Assembly (NCBI GenBank): GCA_030429505.1
Contig: JAUIFI010000001.1
Span: 1-32,000, forward strand
Reading direction: 5' to 3'
Length of the DNA stretch: 32,000 bases
Source: Candidatus Saccharimonadota bacterium
Lineage (GTDB): Bacteria; Patescibacteriota; Gracilibacteria; UBA4473
The position numbers and the translations under genes were made by a program. Numbering within the stretch: the first letter of the stretch is position 1; each line of letters begins with the position of its first letter. Below the pieces are notes generated by a model. It saw only the letters and a program-made list of their open reading frames with translations, was not told the DNA's origin and did no database searches. Positions 1-9,830 of this stretch are shown here, piece by piece.

Positions 1-3000
1 CAAAGACACTGAATGATCAACTAGCACCAACAGCTCCGACAGTAACAATAGCGTCAGACAACGCTGATAGCACATTAGCAAAAGTAGGAGATACAATTAC
101 ACTAACAGTTATTACGAGTGAGGATATTGCAACTCCCGTAGTCACTATTCTCGGACAAGGAGCAGTTGAATCTCAAGGTATTGACGCTCAAAATTGGACG
201 GCAACCTACACCCTTCAATCCGGAGACACAGAAGGTAACGTCACCTTTACCCTTGATTTCGACGATTTGGCAGGAAATAGTGCCACTCAAGTCACCAGCA
301 CTACGAATGCCAGTGCTGTTACCTTTGATAAAACCTCACCAACCATATCAGCTGATAATGCTTCCGCTTCCTGGATCAATTCTTCACCGACAATTACCCT
401 TTCCACAGCAGATACCGGAGGTTCAAATTTGAATTTTTCCAAATATTCGTGGGATACCGATGATACAACTTGTCGTTCGTCCGGTACGACCTTCATCAAT
501 AATGACACACTTACTATTCCTTCAGAGGGAGACCATACACTCTATCTTTGTAATGCTGATAATGCCGGAAATACTGGAAATTTCAACGGATCCTATCGAT
601 TAGACAACTCTGCACCTACAGCACCAGTTTTAAGCTGTACAGTCTATCCTGATGGGACATGGAGTAATGCCTCAGGAGAAACAACATGTACGATTACTGA
701 TACTGCCACTCCGTCACCTCGTACAGCAGTCGCTTACTCGACTAATAATGGGACTGACTGGACAGATAACAGTAATGCCCTCAGCTTTGCCTTTACTCCA
801 ACTGATAACACGACCACCAACGTAATTATGCGTATCAGTGACACCGGAGGAACAACCAACTCCAATACTTATGTTATTCGACGGGATAGCACAGGACCTT
901 CCGTCTCTATTGCCTCTGTCACAGCTGATTCACCAACGCAACTGACTGTTACTGCCAATACTGCCAATGACGGTGAGGTTGGCACAAGCTCTGGCAGCCC
1001 TTTCCAATACAGGTTTTATCTCTATACCAATAGCAGTTGTACACTCGGGGAAACTATTTCTGCATATCAAAGTGATGATGATAAAGATTACCAATTTGGC
1101 TCTCTCAGTGACAACACACAATACTTTTTCAAAGTCCAGGCTCGAGATAGCCTAGGAAATCCTGGAGCAGTATCATCTACCTGTTTCTCAACCAATACCT
1201 ATACACTCGCTCAGCAAGTAAATAGTCTCGCAGTAAGTAATCAAACGGATAAAGATGATTACAAAGCACGTTTGACATGGAGTGAAACCGGGAACGGTGC
1301 TACCAAATACCGCATTGAACGAGATACCGCTAGTGATGGATACGGGACAGTTGATCATTTGGAAGGTTCAGCTAAACCCACCTCTCCGTTTGATATCACT
1401 GGATTAGCAGGAAACACCGCTTATAAGTGGCGTGTAACTGCCTATAATGCTGACGGTATTGCGAACACTGCCTCTCGTCCTGAGACAAGCACTCTCACCA
1501 CTCCACCAGCTATCCCAGGCAATCCCACACATACGTCAAATACTATTAGTCAAATCGTCTGGGATTGGGATGATGTTACCGGAGCAACTGGCTATAAAGT
1601 CTATAACTCTACAAATGACACTGAACTAGTAACCATTGGTACTGCCACTTCAAATTGGACACAAACAAGCTTAAGCGCCAATACACTTCATTCTGTCTAC
1701 ATCAGAGCCACCAATACGAATGGAGAAGGAGTTAAATCTTCCACCGCCCAAGCCTATACCTCAGCCAATGCGCCAACAGGTTTAACCGCTACTACAGATG
1801 CAACACTTCAAACGCAACAAATAAAATGGACCTGGAACTCCGGAGGGGCTCAAAAAGATTTCTACGCCTATACCAACACCCCTGCTGACAATTCTGGCTT
1901 TACCACCGATACTACCTGGACACAAGCCAACGGTAGTTTTACAGCGAACAATAGCTACACAGCTTTCCTCTATGCACGAAACGAAGATAATGATGAATCA
2001 CCAAATGCGACCGGTATTAGTGTCAGCCGATTTACTGCCGTAGATACGCCTTCTACACCGACTTTTGGTTCTGTGACTACCACCAGTATTACCGTCAAAT
2101 CAGCGGTTACTAATTCCAGCAGTGCTGATATGTATTTTGAAGATAACGCCAATGCTGCCAATAATTCTGGTTACTTAACCTGGAGTGGCAACAATGACGG
2201 AACCAATTTTCAGTGGACCAATGGTTCTCGTACGCCAAATACTCAATATACCTATAAAGCCAAAGCTCGAAATGGAGATGATATTGAAAACACTACTTTC
2301 TCTGCCACGGCCAGTAAATACACGTTAGCAGAAACTCCTTCAGCACCTACTGTCGGAGATCAAAGTCAGCTCAGTACCAGCTTGAGTGTTAAAATAAACG
2401 CCAACTCTAATCCTAATGGCACCGAATATTGCGTCCAACGTTCTATCAATAGTGACTGGAGTGTATCGGGTAATATTTACACGCTTACCAATAAAGCTAC
2501 ACCTACTTGGACACAAACAGAAACTTGTAGCTTTATTACCTTTGATGACTTAGAGGTCGTAACTGCTACAGGTTTAAGCCCAAACACTACCTACATATTC
2601 CGTGTTAAAGCTCGAAATGGAGAAAGCATCGAAACATCTTTCTCTTCAAACGGCTCTGACTATACGCTTGCTAGTGATCCAGATGTAGCCTCTACTCGCT
2701 CTACCAGTACCTGGTATAATACGAACCCCTTCCCATTCACCTCTAGTGGACTTGGCAGTACCATTGCCTACTACAGATATGTCTGGGACACTACATCCAA
2801 CACTGCCATTGCCAATTGTACAACTGGAACGTTATGGAATTCTGGTACGCTCAATCTTACCGGGGTTGAAGTTAATAACAACTACCTTCACGTTTTAGCC
2901 TGTAATGCGAACAACGAAGCATCAAACTCAGGTGTTCAGCACTACGGTCCCTACCAATTTGATGAAACAGCTCCTTCCGGAGGTTCTATATCTTACACCA

Positions 3001-6000
3001 ACGGATATCAAACCACTACCACCGTCACCGTTGCCGTAGATCGAGGGACAGACAGTGGAGGTTCAGGTTTTTCAGCTACCAACACAGACTATGTACTTGA
3101 ATTCGACAGTGCTAATCTTTCAAGTGGTAGTTGTGGCAGTTTTTCTGGCAGTTGGACTGACGCATCAGTATCAGAAACCGCTGCAGGGACCAGTTATAAT
3201 TTCGCTGCTACCACCAATACATGCTATAAGTTTCGTTATACAGTCAGGGATACAGCCACCAATGCCACGACCTATACTTCATTAAGCGTAGTAAAAGTCG
3301 ATGCTACTGTCCCTGTCATCAACATTACTGACAATGCCAATGGTTCTTGGAATCAATCAGATACTATTGCCGCCACTATTACCGAAATCAATCCTCAGAG
3401 TATCAAATACGATTTTGATGCTGATGGTGCATGTTCATCAAACGTTGCTAATTACGGTAATAATTACACGAGTGGTGCCAATATTACGGTAAACACAGAT
3501 CACAATGATTACATCTGTTTCTATGTGGAAGATGAAGCCGGAAATGTTATGACTCAAGCCACCAATCAACTTTTTGTTGATGTATCTGATCCAACACTCA
3601 ATCCTGTTGCCATTATCTCTAATAATGGGACAGATACGAGTTATGCTACCACAGGAGATGTGGTTACACTTTCTTTCACAGCTTCCGAAACCTTAATCGC
3701 AGATCCTACGGTTACTATTGCCGGTAACGCCGCAACTCTTGATAACACCAACGCTCCAGCCTATACCGCTACCTACACTACCCAAGCTGGAGACACCGAA
3801 CAAGTTATTCCTTTCACCATTGATTTTACTGATCGTGCCAATAATGCTGGAACTCAAGTGACCTCTACTACCAATAGCAGTTCAGTCACCTTCGATAAAA
3901 CGGCACCCACACTCGCGGAAGTTACCGCCGTACCCAATCCCACTAATGACACTACTCCAGACTATACTTTTAGTTCAAATGAAAGTGGAACTATCACCTA
4001 TGGTGGTTCGTGTAGTAGCGGAACTTCAAACGCTTCAAGTGGGAATAATACGATTACCTTCAACACCCTTACAAATGGTACCTATAGCAACTGCACTATC
4101 AAAGTCACAGATAGTGCCGGTAATCAAAGTAACACTTTAAATGTGAGCACTTTTGAAATCGACACCACTCAAACCTCAGTTCAAAGCATCACGTCCATTA
4201 CTAATAATGGCACATACAAAGCCGACGATACTATAAACATAACCATTAACTTTCCAGAAAATGTCACCCTCGCCGGTGGAAATCTAAATCTCTCTCTCAA
4301 TTCCGGTGGATCAGTATCCATAAGTCCCTTCTCCAGCGCTAGTTCAGCTTCTGGTACCTATACCGTACAACAAGGCGAAAACTCATCAGACCTCAATGTA
4401 AGTTCCATTGCCTTGGCTGATGGCGCGACGCTCAAAGATGAAGCTACTAATGACGTCAGTTTAACTGTACCCGCTTCCCCTAATAATCTTGCAGATAATA
4501 AAGCCATTGTTATTGACACGACTGCTCCAACTGTCCAAAGTGTCACCTCATCCACAGCGAACGGTGCCTACAAAGCCGGAGACACCATTATTATTCAAAT
4601 TGATTTTGATGAAAATATGACCGTTACTGGAACACCACAACTCACATTAGATGTAGGAGGCACAAACGTAACGGTTGATTACTCTCGAATCAATAGCGGT
4701 GATAATAGTATTCTTGAATTTGATTATACAGTACAAGCCGGACACAATGATACAGATCTTGGATACGCTAGTACCAGTGCTTTATCACTCAATAGTGGAA
4801 CTATTAAAGATACCGTAGGAAATAATGCAGTACTTACTCTCGCATCTCCTGGTACTTCGAATTCTTTGAGTGATGGAAAAGCTTTAATTGTCGATACTGC
4901 AGCTCCCACGGTTTCAATTACTACCACGGCACCAAATCCTACTGGTACATCGCCGATTCCTATTACCATTACATTTAATGAACCTGTACAAAATTTTGCT
5001 CTTGCAGACATTACCCCTATTACGAACGCTACTGCCAGTAACCTTCAAACATCGAATAATACAGTCTTTACTGCTGACCTCACGCCAAGTGGAAATACAG
5101 TCAGTATAGCTGCGGATATCGGAGCCGGAGTTGCGCAAGATTCGGCAGGGAATGGAAATACTGCAGCAACTCAGTTTGCAATCGACTTTGATAACACTAC
5201 AGCTTCTATTGCTTCCATTACTTCCAGTACTGCTAATGGTTTCTATAAAGCTGGCGATGATATTGAACTTACTGTTACCTTTTCCAAGCCACTAACCTTG
5301 GCAAATGGAACCTTGGATTTGACCCTTAACTCAGGAGCTACAGTCAGTATTCCAGCTTTTACCGCTCAAGATAGTGTTAGTACTACTTACACTATCGCGA
5401 ATGGTAATGACAGCTCAGGTGCAAGCCTTAATGTCACAGGAACAGCGCTAACAAATGTTGGTGGGACCGCTACTCTCAAAGACGATACTGATACAAACGC
5501 TAATTTTGCCAGCTTCCCTTTTACAAACATTGCTGCCGCTAGTGCTATTGTTGTAGATGCTGTCGTCCCTACACTAAACTCAGTATCTTTCACCACCAGC
5601 AATGCCAATAATACTTGGGCCAAAGAAGGTGATATCGTTACCTATAACTTAACTTTTTCAGAAGGGGTTAAGCTTCAAACTCTGAATAGTGCCAGTAGTG
5701 CTCGCAATGCTTCTATCCTCTCACAAGAATTTACCGCCAGTACGGTTACTGCGGACCCCATTCCAATTAAATTCCAGATCAAAGACGGAAACAGTAATCC
5801 CATTACACTCGAAAATATAGACTTAATCGTAGCGGATGCAGCGGGCAATACATTGTCCATAGATGAGACAGCTGTAAATGCGTTAGTTGGCAACACGATC
5901 AAAGCTGACACCAGACCTCCAAAGATTTCAGGAGTAAGTATTGTTTCCAATAACGCCGACAACACGTTAGCCAATACACATGACGCAGTCACTATACAAT

Positions 6001-8549
6001 TTTCAATCACAGATGATTTTAGTTCTACCGTCAGTCTTGATTCTGGCAGTACTATCCTTGAACGCCCAGTAACGAGCTCGAATCTGACATTAGTAGGAAA
6101 CAGTAGTATTACTAGAGCCACTGATGGAACTGAACAGAGTGCTGATCCAGTTACATTTAGTTTTCAAATTATTGATCAAGCAGGAAATAAAAGCAGCGTT
6201 GTATCTGCCACCAATGATGGTTCTAGTGTGAGTTTTGTTCCTACTGCAGCTTGGGCTTCCAATGTCTCTATTACCTCAAATAATAGCTATAATTCAGACT
6301 TTCCTCAATATTATGCGAAAAAAGGTGACACCATAATCATTGAATTTAAAGATACAGAACAAGTTCCTATCAATGGAACACCTACGGCCAAAATTTTTGA
6401 CAATAATGCCGTCAATATGACTAATGAGACCCGTGATGGAGACAGTTGGTGGACAGTATCATTTGCCAATATTGACAGCGATAATTCAGAAACAGAAGGA
6501 CAAATTCCATTCACCATAACCATTGCTGAAGATGATGGTGGTGGATCTCCCACAGGACAATCAATCTCCGTCACCGGAACATCTGTAAATGGCAATAAAG
6601 TCATTTACGATAAAACCTCCCCTATTAGTCCTACCGCCGCTAACTCCAATGTCATTGTGAATGATAGAAAAGGATTAGAGACGAATACCCTTAAAAACAG
6701 ATTTGACGCTATATTTACCTGGAGTGGAGCTGCCGATGATATGAGTAATACCTCTACAGTTTCGGGTATTCAAAAATATGATCTTCAGCTCTACAATCCA
6801 GACAATGGAGGAGAAATTCATAAAACCGGAGAAGTAACCCCTCCTACTCAAACTTGGAATGGAACCATCTCCGAGCTTGGTCAGTGGGCTGGACAACGCA
6901 TTCCTGGAAGAAGTCAGGCCTACCAGCTAAAAATGATTATTACGGATAAGGCCGGTAATGCCACCAGTCAAGAAACTATCTATACTCAAATATACGGTAT
7001 TGGTCTCTATGGAAATATAGTAGACCAAAACGGAAATCCGTTAGAAAATGTACGAGTTCAAGCCGTATCCAGATTCGGACAAACTTGTGATAACACAAAT
7101 GAAACTTGTAGCACTCAAACCAATAGCAATGGATATTACACCTTAGGGCTTACATCAGGACAGATCTACGACGTATACTTTATAAAGACTGGCTATTTAA
7201 TACAGCAAGAAACTATAACCTTGGGAGAAGAAGAGACCTTGCTAAATAAAACTTTAAACTTCATTACTAATCCCAACCAGCAACAAGTATTCGATACAAG
7301 AGTTACTATTACCTTGGATGACGGCTCTATCATAACGGTGAAAGGTACAAGCACCACTATAACTCAAGATACCAGTATTGCTAACCAGATAACTTTCTCA
7401 AGCCCCAATACCATTACCTCTGTTACAAGTACCAATCCTGATCATACTATTGTTGATAATGGGAACAACACCTTTACTGTAAGTCCTATTACTACCATTT
7501 CCAAAATAGCTGATCAATCTGCTATTGAAGCAAAACCAAGCTCAGGAAAAACAGCCGTTAGAATAGCCGGGCAAACACGACAAGAATTTCAAGACAGCCA
7601 ATCTATTTCTACGGAAGCAGGGAGTATCGAGCAAGTGAAAGCTATCAATAAAGGCGTTCCTGGAAAAGTCGTCAAAACTATTGATAGCTATGGTAGAGAA
7701 ATTTTTGGAGGATATGTATCAGGAAGAATTGCTGTGGAAGATTTTAAATCACCTACTTCAAGAGTTGTATACAGAGGAGGACCTAAAAATACTTCACAGG
7801 ATGAATTCCTCTCTTCAGCTGATTCAGAAGAAGGTGGGATAAAAGAGAGAATAAAACAAATTCTGAAAATAGAAGATTCAGAAGAAGATCAAGAAAAAAG
7901 AAAATTATCTTCCAAAGAAAAATCGACTACAGAATCAATTGTTCAAGCGCTCCAAGCGAGAAAAAAACACAACGCAGAAAAAATAGTTTTTGAACGAAAA
8001 GTTATAGAAAAACTTGAACCAAATGTATCAAAGCTTGATGAAACCCCAGCAGAGCAGGGCTTGGAAAACGCTGCCATTAAAATTGGAGATCAAACAGTCT
8101 CCGTCAAAAAATTCATTGAAGGAGGTTTTAGAGAAAAAGCTGAACAGCAACCAAGGGAAATTACACGCCCCACGATCAACATCGTAGCAAACAGAGCGGG
8201 ACGAACAAATAGCTCTTCTTTTAAAATAGCCTTTACATTTAGTGAAGAAATACAAGATTTCAACCTTGAAGATATAACAGTCGAAAATGGCACATTAAGT
8301 AATCTCAGAACCTTTGATAACAAAATGTTTACTGCGGATTTATCCCCGATTCAAAAAGGTCAAGTAACAGTACAGATAAATGCTGGAGTAGTAGAAGATA
8401 TACAAGGAGATCCAAACAGTGCTTCGAATACTTTTGAAATAGAATATGATCCTGATGATCCCACAATAGCGTTTGATCTGTGGAATATACTAAAAGAACT
8501 CTCTACATCAGTCTTTAAGTGGCCTTTTTCGTCACAACTACAAAAATAA
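1..8549 (+). CDS. Giant extracellular/surface multi-domain protein, 5'-partial (open to the window edge; about 2,849 codons visible)
   Basis: The frame of the listed 267..8549 ORF stays open back to nt 3 (KTLNDQLAPTAPTVTIASDNADSTLAKVGDTITLTV...). That upstream part is a further copy of an internal module (compare nt 3590-3900), so the true start lies left of the window. The protein is T/S/N/D-rich and built from beta-sandwich-type modules: about 7 FN3-like units, at least 5 Ig-like units ending in '...AGN...VTFDKTxPT', 3 'TSSTANGxYKAGD' units, 2 SbsA/Big_5-like units ('FTADLTP', 'FTADLSP'), one carboxypeptidase-regulatory-like unit and a K/E-rich C-terminal segment. Stop TAA at 8547-8549. Confidence 0.9.
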   Translation, partial: KTLNDQLAPTAPTVTIASDNADSTLAKVGDTITLTVITSEDIATPVVTILGQGAVESQGIDAQNWTATYTLQSGDTEGNVTFTLDFDDLAGNSATQVTSTTNASAVTFDKTSPTISADNASASWINSSPTITLSTADTGGSNLNFSKYSWDTDDTTCRSSGTTFINNDTLTIPSEGDHTLYLCNADNAGNTGNFNGSYRLDNSAPTAPVLSCTVYPDGTWSNASGETTCTITDTATPSPRTAVAYSTNNGTDWTDNSNALSFAFTPTDNTTTNVIMRISDTGGTTNSNTYVIRRDSTGPSVSIASVTADSPTQLTVTANTANDGEVGTSSGSPFQYRFYLYTNSSCTLGETISAYQSDDDKDYQFGSLSDNTQYFFKVQARDSLGNPGAVSSTCFSTNTYTLAQQVNSLAVSNQTDKDDYKARLTWSETGNGATKYRIERDTASDGYGTVDHLEGSAKPTSPFDITGLAGNTAYKWRVTAYNADGIANTASRPETSTLTTPPAIPGNPTHTSNTISQIVWDWDDVTGATGYKVYNSTNDTELVTIGTATSNWTQTSLSANTLHSVYIRATNTNGEGVKSSTAQAYTSANAPTGLTATTDATLQTQQIKWTWNSGGAQKDFYAYTNTPADNSGFTTDTTWTQANGSFTANNSYTAFLYARNEDNDESPNATGISVSRFTAVDTPSTPTFGSVTTTSITVKSAVTNSSSADMYFEDNANAANNSGYLTWSGNNDGTNFQWTNGSRTPNTQYTYKAKARNGDDIENTTFSATASKYTLAETPSAPTVGDQSQLSTSLSVKINANSNPNGTEYCVQRSINSDWSVSGNIYTLTNKATPTWTQTETCSFITFDDLEVVTATGLSPNTTYIFRVKARNGESIETSFSSNGSDYTLASDPDVASTRSTSTWYNTNPFPFTSSGLGSTIAYYRYVWDTTSNTAIANCTTGTLWNSGTLNLTGVEVNNNYLHVLACNANNEASNSGVQHYGPYQFDETAPSGGSISYTNGYQTTTTVTVAVDRGTDSGGSGFSATNTDYVLEFDSANLSSGSCGSFSGSWTDASVSETAAGTSYNFAATTNTCYKFRYTVRDTATNATTYTSLSVVKVDATVPVINITDNANGSWNQSDTIAATITEINPQSIKYDFDADGACSSNVANYGNNYTSGANITVNTDHNDYICFYVEDEAGNVMTQATNQLFVDVSDPTLNPVAIISNNGTDTSYATTGDVVTLSFTASETLIADPTVTIAGNAATLDNTNAPAYTATYTTQAGDTEQVIPFTIDFTDRANNAGTQVTSTTNSSSVTFDKTAPTLAEVTAVPNPTNDTTPDYTFSSNESGTITYGGSCSSGTSNASSGNNTITFNTLTNGTYSNCTIKVTDSAGNQSNTLNVSTFEIDTTQTSVQSITSITNNGTYKADDTINITINFPENVTLAGGNLNLSLNSGGSVSISPFSSASSASGTYTVQQGENSSDLNVSSIALADGATLKDEATNDVSLTVPASPNNLADNKAIVIDTTAPTVQSVTSSTANGAYKAGDTIIIQIDFDENMTVTGTPQLTLDVGGTNVTVDYSRINSGDNSILEFDYTVQAGHNDTDLGYASTSALSLNSGTIKDTVGNNAVLTLASPGTSNSLSDGKALIVDTAAPTVSITTTAPNPTGTSPIPITITFNEPVQNFALADITPITNATASNLQTSNNTVFTADLTPSGNTVSIAADIGAGVAQDSAGNGNTAATQFAIDFDNTTASIASITSSTANGFYKAGDDIELTVTFSKPLTLANGTLDLTLNSGATVSIPAFTAQDSVSTTYTIANGNDSSGASLNVTGTALTNVGGTATLKDDTDTNANFASFPFTNIAAASAIVVDAVVPTLNSVSFTTSNANNTWAKEGDIVTYNLTFSEGVKLQTLNSASSARNASILSQEFTASTVTADPIPIKFQIKDGNSNPITLENIDLIVADAAGNTLSIDETAVNALVGNTIKADTRPPKISGVSIVSNNADNTLANTHDAVTIQFSITDDFSSTVSLDSGSTILERPVTSSNLTLVGNSSITRATDGTEQSADPVTFSFQIIDQAGNKSSVVSATNDGSSVSFVPTAAWASNVSITSNNSYNSDFPQYYAKKGDTIIIEFKDTEQVPINGTPTAKIFDNNAVNMTNETRDGDSWWTVSFANIDSDNSETEGQIPFTITIAEDDGGGSPTGQSISVTGTSVNGNKVIYDKTSPISPTAANSNVIVNDRKGLETNTLKNRFDAIFTWSGAADDMSNTSTVSGIQKYDLQLYNPDNGGEIHKTGEVTPPTQTWNGTISELGQWAGQRIPGRSQAYQLKMIITDKAGNATSQETIYTQIYGIGLYGNIVDQNGNPLENVRVQAVSRFGQTCDNTNETCSTQTNSNGYYTLGLTSGQIYDVYFIKTGYLIQQETITLGEEETLLNKTLNFITNPNQQQVFDTRVTITLDDGSIITVKGTSTTITQDTSIANQITFSSPNTITSVTSTNPDHTIVDNGNNTFTVSPITTISKIADQSAIEAKPSSGKTAVRIAGQTRQEFQDSQSISTEAGSIEQVKAINKGVPGKVVKTIDSYGREIFGGYVSGRIAVEDFKSPTSRVVYRGGPKNTSQDEFLSSADSEEGGIKERIKQILKIEDSEEDQEKRKLSSKEKSTTESIVQALQARKKHNAEKIVFERKVIEKLEPNVSKLDETPAEQGLENAAIKIGDQTVSVKKFIEGGFREKAEQQPREITRPTINIVANRAGRTNSSSFKIAFTFSEEIQDFNLEDITVENGTLSNLRTFDNKMFTADLSPIQKGQVTVQINAGVVEDIQGDPNSASNTFEIEYDPDDPTIAFDLWNILKELSTSVFKWPFSSQLQK
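885..2680 (+). repeat. Array of about 7 fibronectin type III-like modules within the giant protein (protein-level repeat)
   Basis: Recurring FN3 C-terminal strand signatures about 90-100 aa apart: YFFKVQARDSLGNPG, YKWRVTAYNADGIAN, HSVYIRATNTNGEG, YTAFLYARNEDNDES, YTYKAKARNGDDIEN, YIFRVKARNGESIE. W-containing B-strands are also present (LTWSE, IVWDWDD, IKWTWNS). The DNA copies are diverged and not recent duplicates. Confidence 0.7.
4182..5573 (+). repeat. Three paralogous 115-125 aa modules (4182-4535, 4536-4913, 5202-5573) interrupted by a Big_5-like module (4914-5201)
   Basis: Alignable module starts: SITSITNNGTYKADDTINITINF / SVTSSTANGAYKAGDTIIIQIDF / SITSSTANGFYKAGDDIELTVTF. Each ends in '...(A/I)(I/L)VxDTxAPTV'. 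The intervening module, PIPITITFNEPVQNFALADIT...FTADLTP...AQDSAGNGN, recurs at 8165-8450 (FKIAFTFSEEIQDFNLEDIT...FTADLSP...VEDIQGDPN). Confidence 0.7.
6996..7225 (+). other. Carboxypeptidase-regulatory-like (CarboxypepD_reg type) beta-sandwich segment of the giant protein
   Basis: GLYGNIVDQNGNPLENVRVQAV...TQTNSNGYYTLGLTSGQIYDVYFIKTGYLIQQETITL matches the usual G-x-V-x-D-x-x-G-x-P-L-x-x-V-x-V ... T-D-x-x-G-x-Y pattern of that fold. Assignment is by motif memory only. Confidence 0.5.
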
Positions 8550-8559
8550 ATACAACCTC

Positions 8560-9282
8560 ATGAACCAATATATACTCATTATTTTCATTGCTAGTCTCAT
8601 TATCTATATCTTTTTTGGGTACTGCCAATTCAAATTAGCTCAAAAAACAAATACTGATCACGCTTGGGCTGCTTTTATTCCTATTTTAAGTTTGGTACAA
8701 CTTATCCAAATCAGTAATAGAAAAGTCTGGGAAATATTTCTTTTTCTTATTCCGGGAATAAATTTGATTATGGCTATCCTTCTTTTTCACAGTCTTTCCA
8801 ACAGACTCGGAAAAGGTGTCCTCATGACTATCGCACTTATATTTCTCTATCCGTTCGTTTTTCCTTATCTCTGCTTATCCTACAAGGGAGAATCTGCAAT
8901 TCAAAAGGATGTCCCTCCTCTAAGTACGGAAAATCTCCCCCCAGAAGTTGCAGAAAACACGAACATTCAAGCAGGATTAGACTCTAGTATAAATACAAAT
9001 CCTATTCCCAATGATAACTTTTCCGTATTTCCACAAGAACAAAAAGAAGAAGATGGGATCGCTGGACCTTCTCCAATTCAAGCAGAAAATGCTGCTCCTA
9101 CAATCGTAATCGAGCAAGAAGCCAACATTTCATCTGTCACTCCACAGTCAACAGAAAGTACTCCTCCCCCTGTTACAATAGTATCTCCATCATCCATTGC
9201 CTCTGGTACAGATCAATTAGCTTCATCAGAGTCACCTATAACACCATCAACAAATCCAGATACTCAACCTCCTCAAGCATGA
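8560..9282 (+). CDS. DUF5684-like small membrane protein with a long Pro/Ser/Thr/Gln-rich C-terminal tail
   Basis: 240 aa. The N-terminal ~110 aa has 3-4 TM helices. The pattern AQKTNTDHAWAAFIPILSLVQLIQISNRKVWEIFLFLIPGINLIMAILLFHSLSNRLGKG resembles the DUF5684 family ('A.K.G...W.A.IPI.N...L..I.GRP.WW..L..IP.VN.I....'). Residues ~115-240 are low-complexity P/S/T/Q/E. It starts 10 nt after the giant gene's stop. Confidence 0.6.
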   Translation: MNQYILIIFIASLIIYIFFGYCQFKLAQKTNTDHAWAAFIPILSLVQLIQISNRKVWEIFLFLIPGINLIMAILLFHSLSNRLGKGVLMTIALIFLYPFVFPYLCLSYKGESAIQKDVPPLSTENLPPEVAENTNIQAGLDSSINTNPIPNDNFSVFPQEQKEEDGIAGPSPIQAENAAPTIVIEQEANISSVTPQSTESTPPPVTIVSPSSIASGTDQLASSESPITPSTNPDTQPPQA

Positions 9283-9827
9283 AGGTGTGGACATTAAATC
9301 CACAAGAATCGGTTCCCAAAGAAGTTATTGTGCCTCAACAAACCCATGGAAATACCATCATAGAGATCTGCACAGGACAAGAAAATCTAACCGACTGTGA
9401 TGGATTGTGGACTCGAGATGATCGATTTTTACTTGGCATCAAAACGGCAGATTGTGCTCCAGTATGCTTTCAAGACTCAGAAAAATTTGGCATCTTACAC
9501 ATAGGGTGGAGAGGATTGGTCAATGGCATTGGTGAAAAAATGCAGCAGATATTCACATCTCCTCATACGACAGTCCACATCGGACCCATTCTTCCCCAGT
9601 TTGAGATTCAAAAAGACTTTTGCTTTGACGAGCTCCAAGCCAAGTTCGGCAATCAGTTTTTTATCTTCCAAGAAGAAAAAATTATATTTCTCTTTCAAAA
9701 AGCCCTTCAGTCACTTTCCCCTAAAGCTCAATTCGATCCTCGTTCCACCTTCGACACGCCAAGTCTTGCGAGCTGGAGGAGAGATAGAAACGACTTGCGT
9801 AATACAACCGTCATTGGTAAGTTATAA
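9279..9827 (+). CDS. pgeF: PgeF/YfiH (DUF152) family protein, short form
   Basis: The family's His-Cys-His motifs are present: QQTHGNTI, IKTADCAPV, ILHIGWRGL. The start ATG overlaps the upstream stop (ATGA at 9279-9282). At 182 aa it is shorter than typical ~240-aa members. Confidence 0.65.
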   Translation: MKVWTLNPQESVPKEVIVPQQTHGNTIIEICTGQENLTDCDGLWTRDDRFLLGIKTADCAPVCFQDSEKFGILHIGWRGLVNGIGEKMQQIFTSPHTTVHIGPILPQFEIQKDFCFDELQAKFGNQFFIFQEEKIIFLFQKALQSLSPKAQFDPRSTFDTPSLASWRRDRNDLRNTTVIGKL

Positions 9828-9830
9828 TCC

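Noticed and set aside
5675-6121. 148-aa antisense ORF, plus many 60-97-aa ORFs on both strands inside the giant gene (for example 4724..5011, 6311..6604, 3055..3285)
   Set aside because: All are nested in the 8.5-kb ORF, whose repeat/domain structure clearly defines the coding frame. Long shadow ORFs are expected from its biased T/S/N/A codon content.
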